From positions 1 through 43,320 of IMG/VR virus record IMGVR_UViG_3300037467_001254: a stretch of 43,320 bases of DNA. One strand, given 5' to 3'. The position numbers were made by a program, and so were the translations under genes. The notes under the pieces were generated by a model. That model had not been told where the DNA came from. It was given only the letters and a program-made list of their open reading frames with translations, and ran no database searches. Of the stretch, positions 22,350-30,495 are shown piece by piece. The stretch comes from a virus. Position 1 is the first letter of the stretch. Each line of letters begins with the position of its first letter.

Positions 22350-23027
22350 ATGACCTGGTACGCGGTGAGGACGCTCCCCGGCGCGCAACAGCCAAAGCGC
22401 GAATACTGGACGGAAACCGAGAACGAGGACGGACGGCCTGTCGGCGGCAAGAAGGGCTATCGTGTCGTTTCCGGTGTGGCGTCCGATCACTCAGCGGTCG
22501 AGTTGGCTCTGGCCGACGCCGGCTTCACCTATTTCATGCCGGCCGAATTCGTCGCGGTTCGCAAGCGCCAGAAGGCAGGCATGTATGAGTTGCGCCGCTT
22601 CGCCTTGCTCAAGGGCTACATGTTCGTGGACGTTGCCGACGAGGACTGGCTGCGTCTCTATGATGTCCCGGGAATTCGTGGCGTGGTCAAAAACTGCGGC
22701 AAGCCGTTCGCGATCAGCACCTTGGACCTGTTCCGGCTGCGCATGTACGAGCAGAACAACCGGGCGGTAGCGCAAGCCAAGGTAGACAGCCTCTCCAAGG
22801 CGGGCGAGCGCATCGAGCGCGAAAAGCGCAAGGGCGTCATTAAGGGCGCTCGCAAGAAGCTATTCCCTGGCCGAGACGTGAAGTTGATATGGGGCGACAA
22901 GGCCGGTCACGACGCGACAGTGCAGGCTTGGGAAGATCAGGATCAGGTGCGAGTCTTGCTCAGCAGCCTCGAAGCGGCGACGGAGACGATCACCGTTCCG
23001 TTTGAGTTTTTGAAGGCCGCATCTTGA
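22350..23027 (+). CDS. NusG/RfaH-like (NGN + KOW-like) putative late-gene antiterminator
   Basis: The WYAVRTLPGAQ N-terminus is typical of NGN domains. KOW-like C-terminus GRDVKLIWGDKAGHDATV. Located immediately upstream of the late promoter/terminator. Confidence 0.7.
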   Translation: MTWYAVRTLPGAQQPKREYWTETENEDGRPVGGKKGYRVVSGVASDHSAVELALADAGFTYFMPAEFVAVRKRQKAGMYELRRFALLKGYMFVDVADEDWLRLYDVPGIRGVVKNCGKPFAISTLDLFRLRMYEQNNRAVAQAKVDSLSKAGERIEREKRKGVIKGARKKLFPGRDVKLIWGDKAGHDATVQAWEDQDQVRVLLSSLEAATETITVPFEFLKAAS

Positions 23028-23051
23028 CATTAGACGCTTCGCGTCTAAAAT
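23024..23051 (+). promoter_or_regulatory. Candidate late promoter (PR'-like) with a palindrome in the spacer
   Basis: TTGACA (23024..23029)-16 nt-TAAAAT (23046..23051). The spacer is the perfect 8-bp-arm palindrome TTAGACGC-TTC-GCGTCTAA (23030..23048). Confidence 0.5.
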
Positions 23052-23140
23052 TGTGGTCCTGAGATACGAGCGACGGGGCCAGAGGCCCGGCTTGATGCCA
23101 TAATCTCAAATGGCGTCGGGCGAAGCTGTGCCTGGTGGTT

Positions 23141-23166
23141 GGCTGCTTCGGCGGCCTTTTCGATTC
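23141..23166 (+). terminator. Intrinsic terminator about 90 nt downstream of the late promoter (tR'-like)
   Basis: GGCTGC-TTCG-GCGGCC (one G-U pair, UUCG loop) followed by TTTTCGATTC. Confidence 0.6.
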
Positions 23167-23191
23167 AGTTTCCGCGAGAGCGGATAGAGTT

Positions 23192-23250
23192 GGGACGGCG
23201 CGAGAGGGTTACCGGCGGCTGACCGCTAGGCACCAAACCGCTCCCGTCCC
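23192..23250. other. 59-nt extended hairpin in an ORF-free region
   Basis: GGGACGG/CCGTCCC closes further helices (about 20 bp in total by manual pairing) capped by CTGA. Not tRNA-like, as there is no T loop. Confidence 0.4.
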
Positions 23251-23288
23251 ATTCATTCGCCGTCCATGACGGCAACACCAATGCGAGA

Positions 23289-23471
23289 CTAGTCCGGCCA
23301 AGGCTGAATGCCGCGAGCAATGGCAGCGCAAGCTAGGGCGATGTAGAGTGGGATAGGCTGTCCTTCCTCATAGCGTTGTGGTTGGTTTCGCCCAAGACCA
23401 AGAACCTCAGCCGCTTGGGTGCGGTTGAGGCCAAGGCGATTGCGCCATGCGATAAAGTCGTCGGCGGTCAT
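23289..23471 (-). CDS. Small XRE-like HTH protein (60 aa), last gene of the counter-oriented cassette
   Basis: WRNRLGLNRTQAAEVLGLGRNQPQRYEEGQPIPLYIALACA. About 60% identical to the C-terminus of the 24094..24603 product. TAATG overlap upstream. Confidence 0.7.
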   Translation of the reverse strand: MTADDFIAWRNRLGLNRTQAAEVLGLGRNQPQRYEEGQPIPLYIALACAAIARGIQPWPD

Positions 23472-23710
23472 TAATATCCTACGTAGTCTCTGTCAGCCCA
23501 ATCGATCGCTACCCCAGGCATCCTGGCGCGGCTGTCATCAGTCCAGTTGCAGTACCCGCCGCGCTCAAGATCGTCCTCGTAGTTTTCGAAGGCCTTGTTG
23601 ACTTCCTCGACCTTATCGAGCGGGACGCGGAAATAGACGATATCGTTGGCAAAGCCGCGAGGGGAAACCTTAAAATAGCGGACCTTGCTGCGGCTTGGAT
23701 GATTTGTCAT
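23471..23710 (-). CDS. Hypothetical protein (79 aa)
   Basis: Strong AGGAGG SD. No recognised domain. Confidence 0.65.
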   Translation of the reverse strand: MTNHPSRSKVRYFKVSPRGFANDIVYFRVPLDKVEEVNKAFENYEDDLERGGYCNWTDDSRARMPGVAIDWADRDYVGY

Positions 23711-23723
23711 TTTATCCTCCTGA

Positions 23724-23996
23724 TCAAAAAGGTGAGCCGCCGCGCGAATTGCGCAGGCCTACATGCTCGGCAAAGGCGCGGGCGTTGCGGATGAAATCGG
23801 ACGGGAAGTTCCCCTTGTCGCCCTGGAATTCCCAGCCGGTCTGCGCGTCGTAGTAGACCTTGAGATTGCGGCACCCGGCGAAGGAGCGATCAGCGCCGGC
23901 GAAGTTGATGTAGACGCGACGATCATTCCAGACCGAGGCCCTAAAGACGCCCTCGAACTTCTCGGCTTCGGTCTTGATTTCGGTGAGGGTGGTCAT
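23724..23996 (-). CDS. Hypothetical protein (90 aa)
   Basis: Operon context. No recognised domain. Confidence 0.65.
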   Translation of the reverse strand: MTTLTEIKTEAEKFEGVFRASVWNDRRVYINFAGADRSFAGCRNLKVYYDAQTGWEFQGDKGNFPSDFIRNARAFAEHVGLRNSRGGSPF

Positions 23997-24093
23997 TTTC
24001 GGTACTCAGCCCCTGAAAGCCCGAGGCGCGGTATCAACGTCTTGTTGATGACCGTTTATCGCACAATGCACCAATTAGTGCAAGCCTTTTTTG

Positions 24094-24603
24094 TCAGCAT
24101 GTGGAGTTTTTTAAGAAAAAGCTGGCCATCGCCATAGCAACATACTTTGGGATTGGCTGCCCATCTTCGTAACGCTGCGGTTGATTCCGGCCCATCCCAA
24201 GCTCTTCTGCGGCGCCTATCCTGCTCAAACCCAAAGACGCTCTCCATTGTCTGAACAAGTCGGGATCGCAGTCTCCCATTATGAGTCGTGAAACTTCTGC
24301 TTCCGGTAAGGGGTCGGGTATCTTCTTTCTCGGTGCCAGGGTCTCGATTTCAGCGTCCATATCCTTGAGGGCGCTTTTTATGTCGGCGATGGGTAAGTCG
24401 AACCATTCACCAGAAAGAGAAAATTCCCGAAAGGATCTGTGGAGCGCTCTTTCATAGCGCGGAGCACAATCGTCTTTTACGAGTAGTAGGCAACTTAGAA
24501 CCGTCGGGTTGCCAGTCTGCAGTTGCTTTAACCGTTGGTACGGCGCGGCAGAAACGCCAATTTTGTACGGCCCATTTTCCCCTCCTATGACATATAAATA
24601 CAT
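24094..24603 (-). CDS. T5orf172 (GIY-YIG superfamily) domain fused to a C-terminal XRE-like HTH (169 aa)
   Basis: GGAGG SD 8 nt upstream of the ATG at 24603. MYLYVIGGENGPYKIGVSAAPYQRLKQLQTGNP...ERALHRSF...GEWFDL. C-terminal GRNQPQRYEDGQPIP HTH. The ORF-track start at 24702 is unlikely. Confidence 0.7.
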   Translation of the reverse strand: MYLYVIGGENGPYKIGVSAAPYQRLKQLQTGNPTVLSCLLLVKDDCAPRYERALHRSFREFSLSGEWFDLPIADIKSALKDMDAEIETLAPRKKIPDPLPEAEVSRLIMGDCDPDLFRQWRASLGLSRIGAAEELGMGRNQPQRYEDGQPIPKYVAMAMASFFLKNSTC

Positions 24604-24726
24604 TCGTATACCTCCAATCCTCTGCATTAAACAGTGCATAATATACTGGAAAATAACCCAGAATATAACCCCAATTGGTGAAAACAATGTGCTGCGGCGC
24701 ACAATCGCCTAACCCAAGAGGTTCCC

Positions 24727-24924
24727 ATGGCTGAGCGAGAGTATGTCCGGGTGCATCGTCTCGGTGACATAGACGAGAACGTTGACGGGGAGAACTATCT
24801 GGCCCGCACGGTCTACGAGGATCGCGAGTTGATCGACATCGGCATCGTGGACGCCAACGGCGAGAAGATCATGGCGCGGCAAAAGATGGACGCTATTGGT
24901 TTTGTCCGGTGGCACCATGGCTAA
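24727..24924 (+). CDS. Hypothetical protein (65 aa), first plus-strand gene before the terminase
   Basis: Acidic small protein, divergent from the cassette. Confidence 0.55.
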   Translation: MAEREYVRVHRLGDIDENVDGENYLARTVYEDRELIDIGIVDANGEKIMARQKMDAIGFVRWHHG

Positions 24925-25096
24925 GCCAGAAGCCGCAGCAATCGAATTTCATCCGTCCCGCCTTTTCAAGGTGAAGCGGCAGTAGCCTTGCATAGCGATC
25001 CATGAGCGGTCCGGGACGGGCTGCGAAAGCGGTTTGGCATGGGGCCAATGGATCGCGAGCCGCAATATTCTCGGCAACAATCCGAAAGGAATTGCC

Positions 25097-25333
25097 ATGG
25101 CACGAGGTGTACGCCTCAACCCTGCTCACGATGAGCGCACTCGAGCAAAAATCCAGACCAGTCAGATCATCAACCGTTTGGAGAAGTTGGTGAAAGGCGA
25201 GATCGACATGTCGCCGCAGCAGGTCAATGCCGCAAATATTCTGCTGCGCAAGACATTGCCCGACCTTTCCGCGGTGACCATGGATGCGACAGTGGCGATT
25301 TCCCATGAGGACGCGCTAGGTGAGCTTGAATGA
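25097..25333 (+). CDS. Terminase small subunit candidate (78 aa)
   Basis: AAAGGAA SD. KIQTSQIINRLEKLVKGEIDMSPQQVNAANILLRKTLPDL pattern. Overlaps the TerL start. Confidence 0.5.
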   Translation: MARGVRLNPAHDERTRAKIQTSQIINRLEKLVKGEIDMSPQQVNAANILLRKTLPDLSAVTMDATVAISHEDALGELE

Positions 25334-26861
25334 TCGTGAGCGCGCGATCCGCCAGCGTCTCAAGAGCGACTTTTCGCACTATGCCGAGAAATGCCTGCGC
25401 ATCCGCGCCAAAGATGGCACGATAGCGCCGCTCAGCCTGAATGAGGCACAAATCTACCTGCACTCGCGCCTTGAAGCGCAGAAAGCAGAAACCGGAAAGG
25501 TTCGCGCCCTTGTCCTTAAGGGGCGGCAGCAGGGCATATCAACCTATGTCGGCGGGCGTTTCTATCACCGCGTCACACATAATCGCGGCCTCCGTTGCTT
25601 TATCCTTACTCATGAACAGGACGCCACGAACAACTTGTTCGGGATGGTGGATCGCTATCACCAGCATTGCCCCGCGCTTGTGAAGCCATCGACCGGTGCT
25701 GCAAACGCCAAGGAGTTGTACTTCGACCGGCTCGAAAGCGGCTATGCGGTTGGTACTGCGGGGGCGAAGGCAACAGGCCGATCACAGACGGTGCAACTGT
25801 TCCACGGCTCGGAGGTCGCGTTTTGGCCGAATGCGCCGACGCATTTCGCTGGTGTTGTGCAAGCTATCCCGGATTTGCCTGGCACGGAGATCATTCTGGA
25901 GAGCACCGCAAACGGCATGGGCGGTGAGTTTCATGAGCGCTGGCAACAGGCAGAGCAGGGGGTAGGCGACTATCAGGCCATCTTCATCCCGTGGTTCTGG
26001 CAGCCGGAATATCGACGCGCCGCACCGGCTGGCTTTGAGATGGACGAGGAAGAAAACGCCTACATGGATGCGCATCGTCTCGACATTGAGCAAATCGTCT
26101 GGCGGCGAAACAAGATTGCCGAACTGAAAGACCCGATGCTGTTCAAGCAGGAATATCCGGCAACAGCGGCCGAGGCTTTCCAAATGACGGGCCATGATAG
26201 CTTTATCCCGGCCGAGCGGGTGTTGAAAGCCCGCAAGGCTGAGGTCGAAGCATCGGGACCGTTGGTCATTGGATATGATCCGGCGTGGAAGGGGGCAGAC
26301 AGACATTCCATGGCATTCCGGCGCGGTCGGAAAGTCGAGAAGGTCGAGAGCCGACACAAGCTCGACACGATGGCTGGGGCGGGCTGGGCCAAGCAGGTTA
26401 TCGACGCCGAGAAGCCGGCGCGCATGTTCATCGACGTGGGCGGCGTTGGTGCTGGCGTTTATGACCGGCTGGTTGAGATGGGATACGGCGAGATTGTCCG
26501 GGCCATCAACTTCGGCTCAGCACCGCTGGAGCCTCAACCGCTCGATGAGATGGGTAGGCCGAAAGGCGGGTATGCCAATCGGCGCGCCGAAATGTGGGGC
26601 AAGTCCAAAGACTGGCTCGATGAGCCGGGTGGCGTGAGCATCCCGGACTCTGACGCTCTACAGGTCGATGCCTGCGCTCCGGGCTACAAATACGACAGCC
26701 TAAGCCGCGTGGTGCTCGAAAGCAAAGACGATATTCGCAAACGCGGCCTGCGCTCCCCTGACGAATGGGACGCGGTTGCCCTGACCTTTGCCGAGCCGGT
26801 GCATGAAGCGCGGCCAAGGCCAAAGCCGGTCGCGTACGGCGCAGGAAGCTGGATGGGTTGA
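25320..26861 (+). CDS. terL: Terminase large subunit
   Basis: 513 aa. GTG start. Walker A-like LKGRQQGIST. Located upstream of the portal gene. Confidence 0.85.
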   Translation: MSLNDRERAIRQRLKSDFSHYAEKCLRIRAKDGTIAPLSLNEAQIYLHSRLEAQKAETGKVRALVLKGRQQGISTYVGGRFYHRVTHNRGLRCFILTHEQDATNNLFGMVDRYHQHCPALVKPSTGAANAKELYFDRLESGYAVGTAGAKATGRSQTVQLFHGSEVAFWPNAPTHFAGVVQAIPDLPGTEIILESTANGMGGEFHERWQQAEQGVGDYQAIFIPWFWQPEYRRAAPAGFEMDEEENAYMDAHRLDIEQIVWRRNKIAELKDPMLFKQEYPATAAEAFQMTGHDSFIPAERVLKARKAEVEASGPLVIGYDPAWKGADRHSMAFRRGRKVEKVESRHKLDTMAGAGWAKQVIDAEKPARMFIDVGGVGAGVYDRLVEMGYGEIVRAINFGSAPLEPQPLDEMGRPKGGYANRRAEMWGKSKDWLDEPGGVSIPDSDALQVDACAPGYKYDSLSRVVLESKDDIRKRGLRSPDEWDAVALTFAEPVHEARPRPKPVAYGAGSWMG

Positions 26862-27133
26862 TGGAAAAGGATGGGTTGATGGAGAAACCTGCACAGGTTG
26901 GCGTGGATATTAAGCTTCCCGATGACTTTTCTCAGGAGGAATTGGTCCGAAACATTATCACGGCCGTTGGGGTCGTTTACGAGAACGCAGCCGCTGCCTT
27001 TAACGGTCGCCGTCGATTCCTGCAAAAGATCGACTTTCGGGATGGATCGGTGAGCCTGACGCTCAGTCCATCTATGTCCATTCGCGAGATACGCAAGGCC
27101 ATTCGCGAGACAATGGCGGGCATTGATGCCTGA
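26858..27133 (+). CDS. Hypothetical protein (91 aa) between TerL and the portal
   Basis: 4-nt overlap with TerL. Confidence 0.55.
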   Translation: MMEKDGLMEKPAQVGVDIKLPDDFSQEELVRNIITAVGVVYENAAAAFNGRRRFLQKIDFRDGSVSLTLSPSMSIREIRKAIRETMAGIDA

Positions 27134-29228
27134 CGATCTCCTGAAAGAGGCCAAGGACGCGTTTGCCGCGTCCGCCGATGCATCGGACGAAAACCGGCAG
27201 ACGGCGCTCGACGACGTTCGCTTTGCCCGTTTGAGCGAGCAATGGCTCGAAGCTGACGTTAGCGCGCGTCAACGTAATCGGCGTCCGTGCCTGACGATCA
27301 ACAAGCTGCCTGCCTTCATCCGCCAGGTTGTGAATGACGCGCGCCAGAACAAGCCATCGATCAAGGTGCACCCTGCCGACAGCGGGGCTGATCCTGAGAC
27401 GGCCGAGGTCATCAATGGCCTGATCCGCAATATCGAATATGCATCCTCGGCTGACGTGGCCTATGACACTGGCGTGGAATGCGCCGTCACCTGTGGTTTT
27501 GGATACTGGCGTGTCGGGCTGGACTATGCCTTTGACGACAGCTTCGACATGGACCTCAAGATCAAGCGGGTGCTCAACCCGTTCTCGGTCTACGGCGACC
27601 CTCATTCGACCGAGGCGGATTCGTCGGACTGGGACAGCGCCTTTGTCGTTGACCGCCTGACCAAGGCCGATTTCGAGGCCCAATACGGCGACAAGGCAAA
27701 GGTCGATTGGGACGATACCTCATGGTCGAGTGCCGGAGAGCCGTGGCGCACCGAAAACGAGGTAATGGTCGCAGAATGGTGGAAGCGGGAGGAAAAGGAC
27801 CGGAAAATCCTTCTCTTTGCCGATATCCGCGACGGCTCCATGCATGTCTACGGCGAGGACCAGATTGCCGAGGATGAGGATTTCCAGAGGGTCCAGCAGT
27901 TCCTTGAGTTCCGCCAGGAGCGCATGACCAAAACGCACCAGGTCACGCAGCACATCATGACCGGTGCGGAAATTCTCAAGTCGGAACCGTGGGCGGGCCG
28001 GTATATTCCGATTGTCCCTGTCTACGGCGATGAGTTCGACATTCAGGGCAAGCGGTATTTCCGTTCGCTGATCCACAACGCCAAGGATGCGCAGCGGTCG
28101 TTCAACTATTGGAGGACTGCGGGAGTGGAACTCGTTGCGCTTGCGCCGCGTGTTCCGTTCATCGGGCCGAAAGGCACGTTCGACAGCGACATAGAACGAT
28201 GGATGACTGCCAACACGCGTAATCATTCGTACCTGGAGTACGACCCTGTTGCCGGCCAGCCTCCCCCGCAGCGTCAGCCGATGGACACTGGCGTGGCTGC
28301 CGGGGCCTTGCAGGAAGCCCTCAACGCTTCCGACGACATCAAGGCCATTGTCGGCATGTACGATGCCTCTCTCGGGGCGCGGTCGAACGAAACCAGCGGC
28401 AAGGCCATCATGGCCCGTCAGCGCGAGGGCGACGTTTCGACGTTCCATTTTGTCGACAACATGGCTCGCGCAATCCGTCATACAGGCCGCATCCTGATCG
28501 ACATGATCCCGCACGTCTACAGCGCGGAGCGGATCGTCCGGGTGATCGGCGAGGATGGGTCGCAGGAGGCCAAGCAGGTCAACAAACCCTATCAGGTACG
28601 CGATCCCAAGACCGGCCAGCCCATGCAGCAGCCGGTCATGGGGCTGGACGGCCAGCCAGTGCAGGACGATGCAGGCAATCCTCTCCTTGAGCCGATCATG
28701 GCTCTGCACGACTTGACGGCCGGCAAATACGATCTGACCGTCTCTACCGGCCCCAGCTACACGACGCAGCGCGAGGAAGCGGCGGCGCAGATGACGGAGA
28801 TGATCCGTGCCTTTCCGCAGGCCGCTCCGATTGTCGGGCCGGAACTGGCAAAGAACCTCGATTGGCCCGGTGCCGACGAAATTGCCGAGAAGATGGAGCA
28901 GATCGCATCCGGCCAAGTGCCTCCCGGGGTCCAGAAGCAGATTGAGGAAGGCAAGCAGAAGCTGCAACAGCAGGCCGAGGAAATCCAGAACCTCAAGAGC
29001 GATCAGCAGGCCAGCGCAGCCAAGTTGCAGGCCGATCAGCGGCAGGCCGCCGCCAAGATCGAGGCGGACAAGCAGATCGCGGTCATGAAAATTCAGGCCG
29101 AGATGGAAATCGAGCGCATCAAGATCGACGCTCAGAAGGAAATCGAAGCCTACAAGGCGCAACTGAATGCCGCAGCCCTCGCATCGCGGCCCGCGCCGGC
29201 ACCCAAGCCCAACGGAATGAGGGAATAG
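27126..29228 (+). CDS. Portal protein, P22 type, with C-terminal coiled-coil barrel region
   Basis: RRPCLTINKLPAFIRQVVNDARQNKPSIKVHP...EVINGLIRNIEYASSADVAYD...GFGYWRV. Long Gln/Ala/Lys helical C-terminus. Confidence 0.85.
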   Translation: MPDDLLKEAKDAFAASADASDENRQTALDDVRFARLSEQWLEADVSARQRNRRPCLTINKLPAFIRQVVNDARQNKPSIKVHPADSGADPETAEVINGLIRNIEYASSADVAYDTGVECAVTCGFGYWRVGLDYAFDDSFDMDLKIKRVLNPFSVYGDPHSTEADSSDWDSAFVVDRLTKADFEAQYGDKAKVDWDDTSWSSAGEPWRTENEVMVAEWWKREEKDRKILLFADIRDGSMHVYGEDQIAEDEDFQRVQQFLEFRQERMTKTHQVTQHIMTGAEILKSEPWAGRYIPIVPVYGDEFDIQGKRYFRSLIHNAKDAQRSFNYWRTAGVELVALAPRVPFIGPKGTFDSDIERWMTANTRNHSYLEYDPVAGQPPPQRQPMDTGVAAGALQEALNASDDIKAIVGMYDASLGARSNETSGKAIMARQREGDVSTFHFVDNMARAIRHTGRILIDMIPHVYSAERIVRVIGEDGSQEAKQVNKPYQVRDPKTGQPMQQPVMGLDGQPVQDDAGNPLLEPIMALHDLTAGKYDLTVSTGPSYTTQREEAAAQMTEMIRAFPQAAPIVGPELAKNLDWPGADEIAEKMEQIASGQVPPGVQKQIEEGKQKLQQQAEEIQNLKSDQQASAAKLQADQRQAAAKIEADKQIAVMKIQAEMEIERIKIDAQKEIEAYKAQLNAAALASRPAPAPKPNGMRE

Positions 29229-29230
29229 CA

Positions 29231-29482
29231 ATGGCCAATCCCGTCGAAGATCGAGGCGCAGCGCAGCTTCGCGCCGTCACGCCGTCTGACACGCTCGACC
29301 TGCCCGCCGGCACCTGCCGGGCCTTGTGGGTAGGCGGTGACGGTGATGTTGCCGTCATTGCCGACCGAGACTCCAGCGCCGTGACGATCAAAGGCGCGCT
29401 GGCTGGGACTATCCTTCCGGTCCGTACCCGGCGCGTCATGAGCACCAACACCACGGCCACCAACATCGTGGCTCTCTATTAG
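29231..29482 (+). CDS. Small virion-module protein (83 aa)
   Basis: Position between the portal and scaffold genes. Confidence 0.55.
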   Translation: MANPVEDRGAAQLRAVTPSDTLDLPAGTCRALWVGGDGDVAVIADRDSSAVTIKGALAGTILPVRTRRVMSTNTTATNIVALY

Positions 29483-29551
29483 CAGCATCGCTGCAATCGG
29501 ACGCGCCACGTAACGGCGCAAACAGCACCAATCTCGAAAGGAAGTGCGCAC

Positions 29552-30424
29552 ATGGACGGCGAACAGGAAACCATTGCCGAAATCGAACAGGAAACCCCTG
29601 CAAACGATCCGGAAGTGGAAGCTGAGCAGCCAGTAAACCTCGATGACGCCGGCAACGAGCCGGAAGTCGAGGAAGAACCTCAACCCGAAGAAGAAGAATT
29701 CGAGGAATTCGACTGGAACGGGAAGAAGGTAAAGGGGCCGAAAGGCCTCAAGGACGGCCTCATGATGCAGGCCGATTACACGAAGAAAACGCAAGAGGTT
29801 GCGGCCACTCGCAAGGAACTGGAGCAGCGCGCCGAGCGCCTGAACCAGCAATTCGCGGCAAGTGACGAATATCTCGATGCACGAGCGGACCTTCGCACGA
29901 TCACGAAGGAGTTGGAGCGCTTCAAGGAGTTCGATTGGTCAGCGTACCAGCAGGCTCGCTTGAGCGACCCCTTGGCGGCGGATGAGGCGTGGAACTACGC
30001 CCAGCATCTGCGCGGCCAGAAAGCCAACCTGGAGGCTGCCATCCAGGACCACGAAGGAAAGCGTACTGCCGAGGCGCAGCAAGAAATTGCCAAGCGCATG
30101 CAGGAAACGTCCGACTACGTGAAAGCCAATCTCAAGGGCTGGACGCCTGAAACCGACAAGCAGGTGATCGACTTTGCGCTCTCCAAGGGTGTGACCAGAG
30201 AGCAGATGCAGAGCCTGATGAATCCGCTGATGTACGAGATGATCTATCTCGCCCGGATCGGCCAACAGACCCTTTCCAAGCCAGCCCCCGCAGCCAAGCA
30301 GACGGCGAAACCGGCACCCTTGCAGGTTGTCGGCGGTCGCTCGACGCCGGCCGCCCGCAAGTCCCTCGGTGAAATGTCGATGGAAGAATACGCGGCGGCA
30401 CGAAAGGCGGGCAGGGGCAACTAA
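29552..30424 (+). CDS. Scaffolding protein candidate
   Basis: Highly acidic N-terminus and helical/coiled-coil body. Position between portal and coat, as for P22 gp8. Confidence 0.65.
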   Translation: MDGEQETIAEIEQETPANDPEVEAEQPVNLDDAGNEPEVEEEPQPEEEEFEEFDWNGKKVKGPKGLKDGLMMQADYTKKTQEVAATRKELEQRAERLNQQFAASDEYLDARADLRTITKELERFKEFDWSAYQQARLSDPLAADEAWNYAQHLRGQKANLEAAIQDHEGKRTAEAQQEIAKRMQETSDYVKANLKGWTPETDKQVIDFALSKGVTREQMQSLMNPLMYEMIYLARIGQQTLSKPAPAAKQTAKPAPLQVVGGRSTPAARKSLGEMSMEEYAAARKAGRGN

Positions 30425-30495
30425 CCCCAACCACAGATTGAACGTCGGATGACGTCCAGTCCCAGCGCGGCTGCGGCCGCCCGATGGAGCCTATC

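Noticed and set aside
23192-23250. Possible tRNA or tRNA-like gene (7-bp closing helix GGGACGG/CCGTCCC)
   Set aside because: It is only ~59 nt, has no T-loop (GTTCRA) or D-arm, and folds as a single extended hairpin.
24688-24703. Inverted repeat TGTGC-N6-GCACA in the cassette's divergent promoter region, as an operator for the paired HTH proteins
   Set aside because: The arms are only 5 bp, which is easily a chance occurrence. It is worth testing only as part of the cassette experiments.
24917-24985. 22-codon ORF MAKPEAAAIEFHPSRLFKVKRQ overlapping the end of 24727..24924
   Set aside because: It is too short, and has no clear SD and no supporting feature. The 24925..25096 gap may instead hold packaging or regulatory signals.
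27720-29231. 503-aa ORF on the minus strand
   Set aside because: It is entirely antisense to the well-supported P22-type portal gene. Its Leu/Arg/Gly-rich composition is typical of shadow frames in GC-rich DNA.
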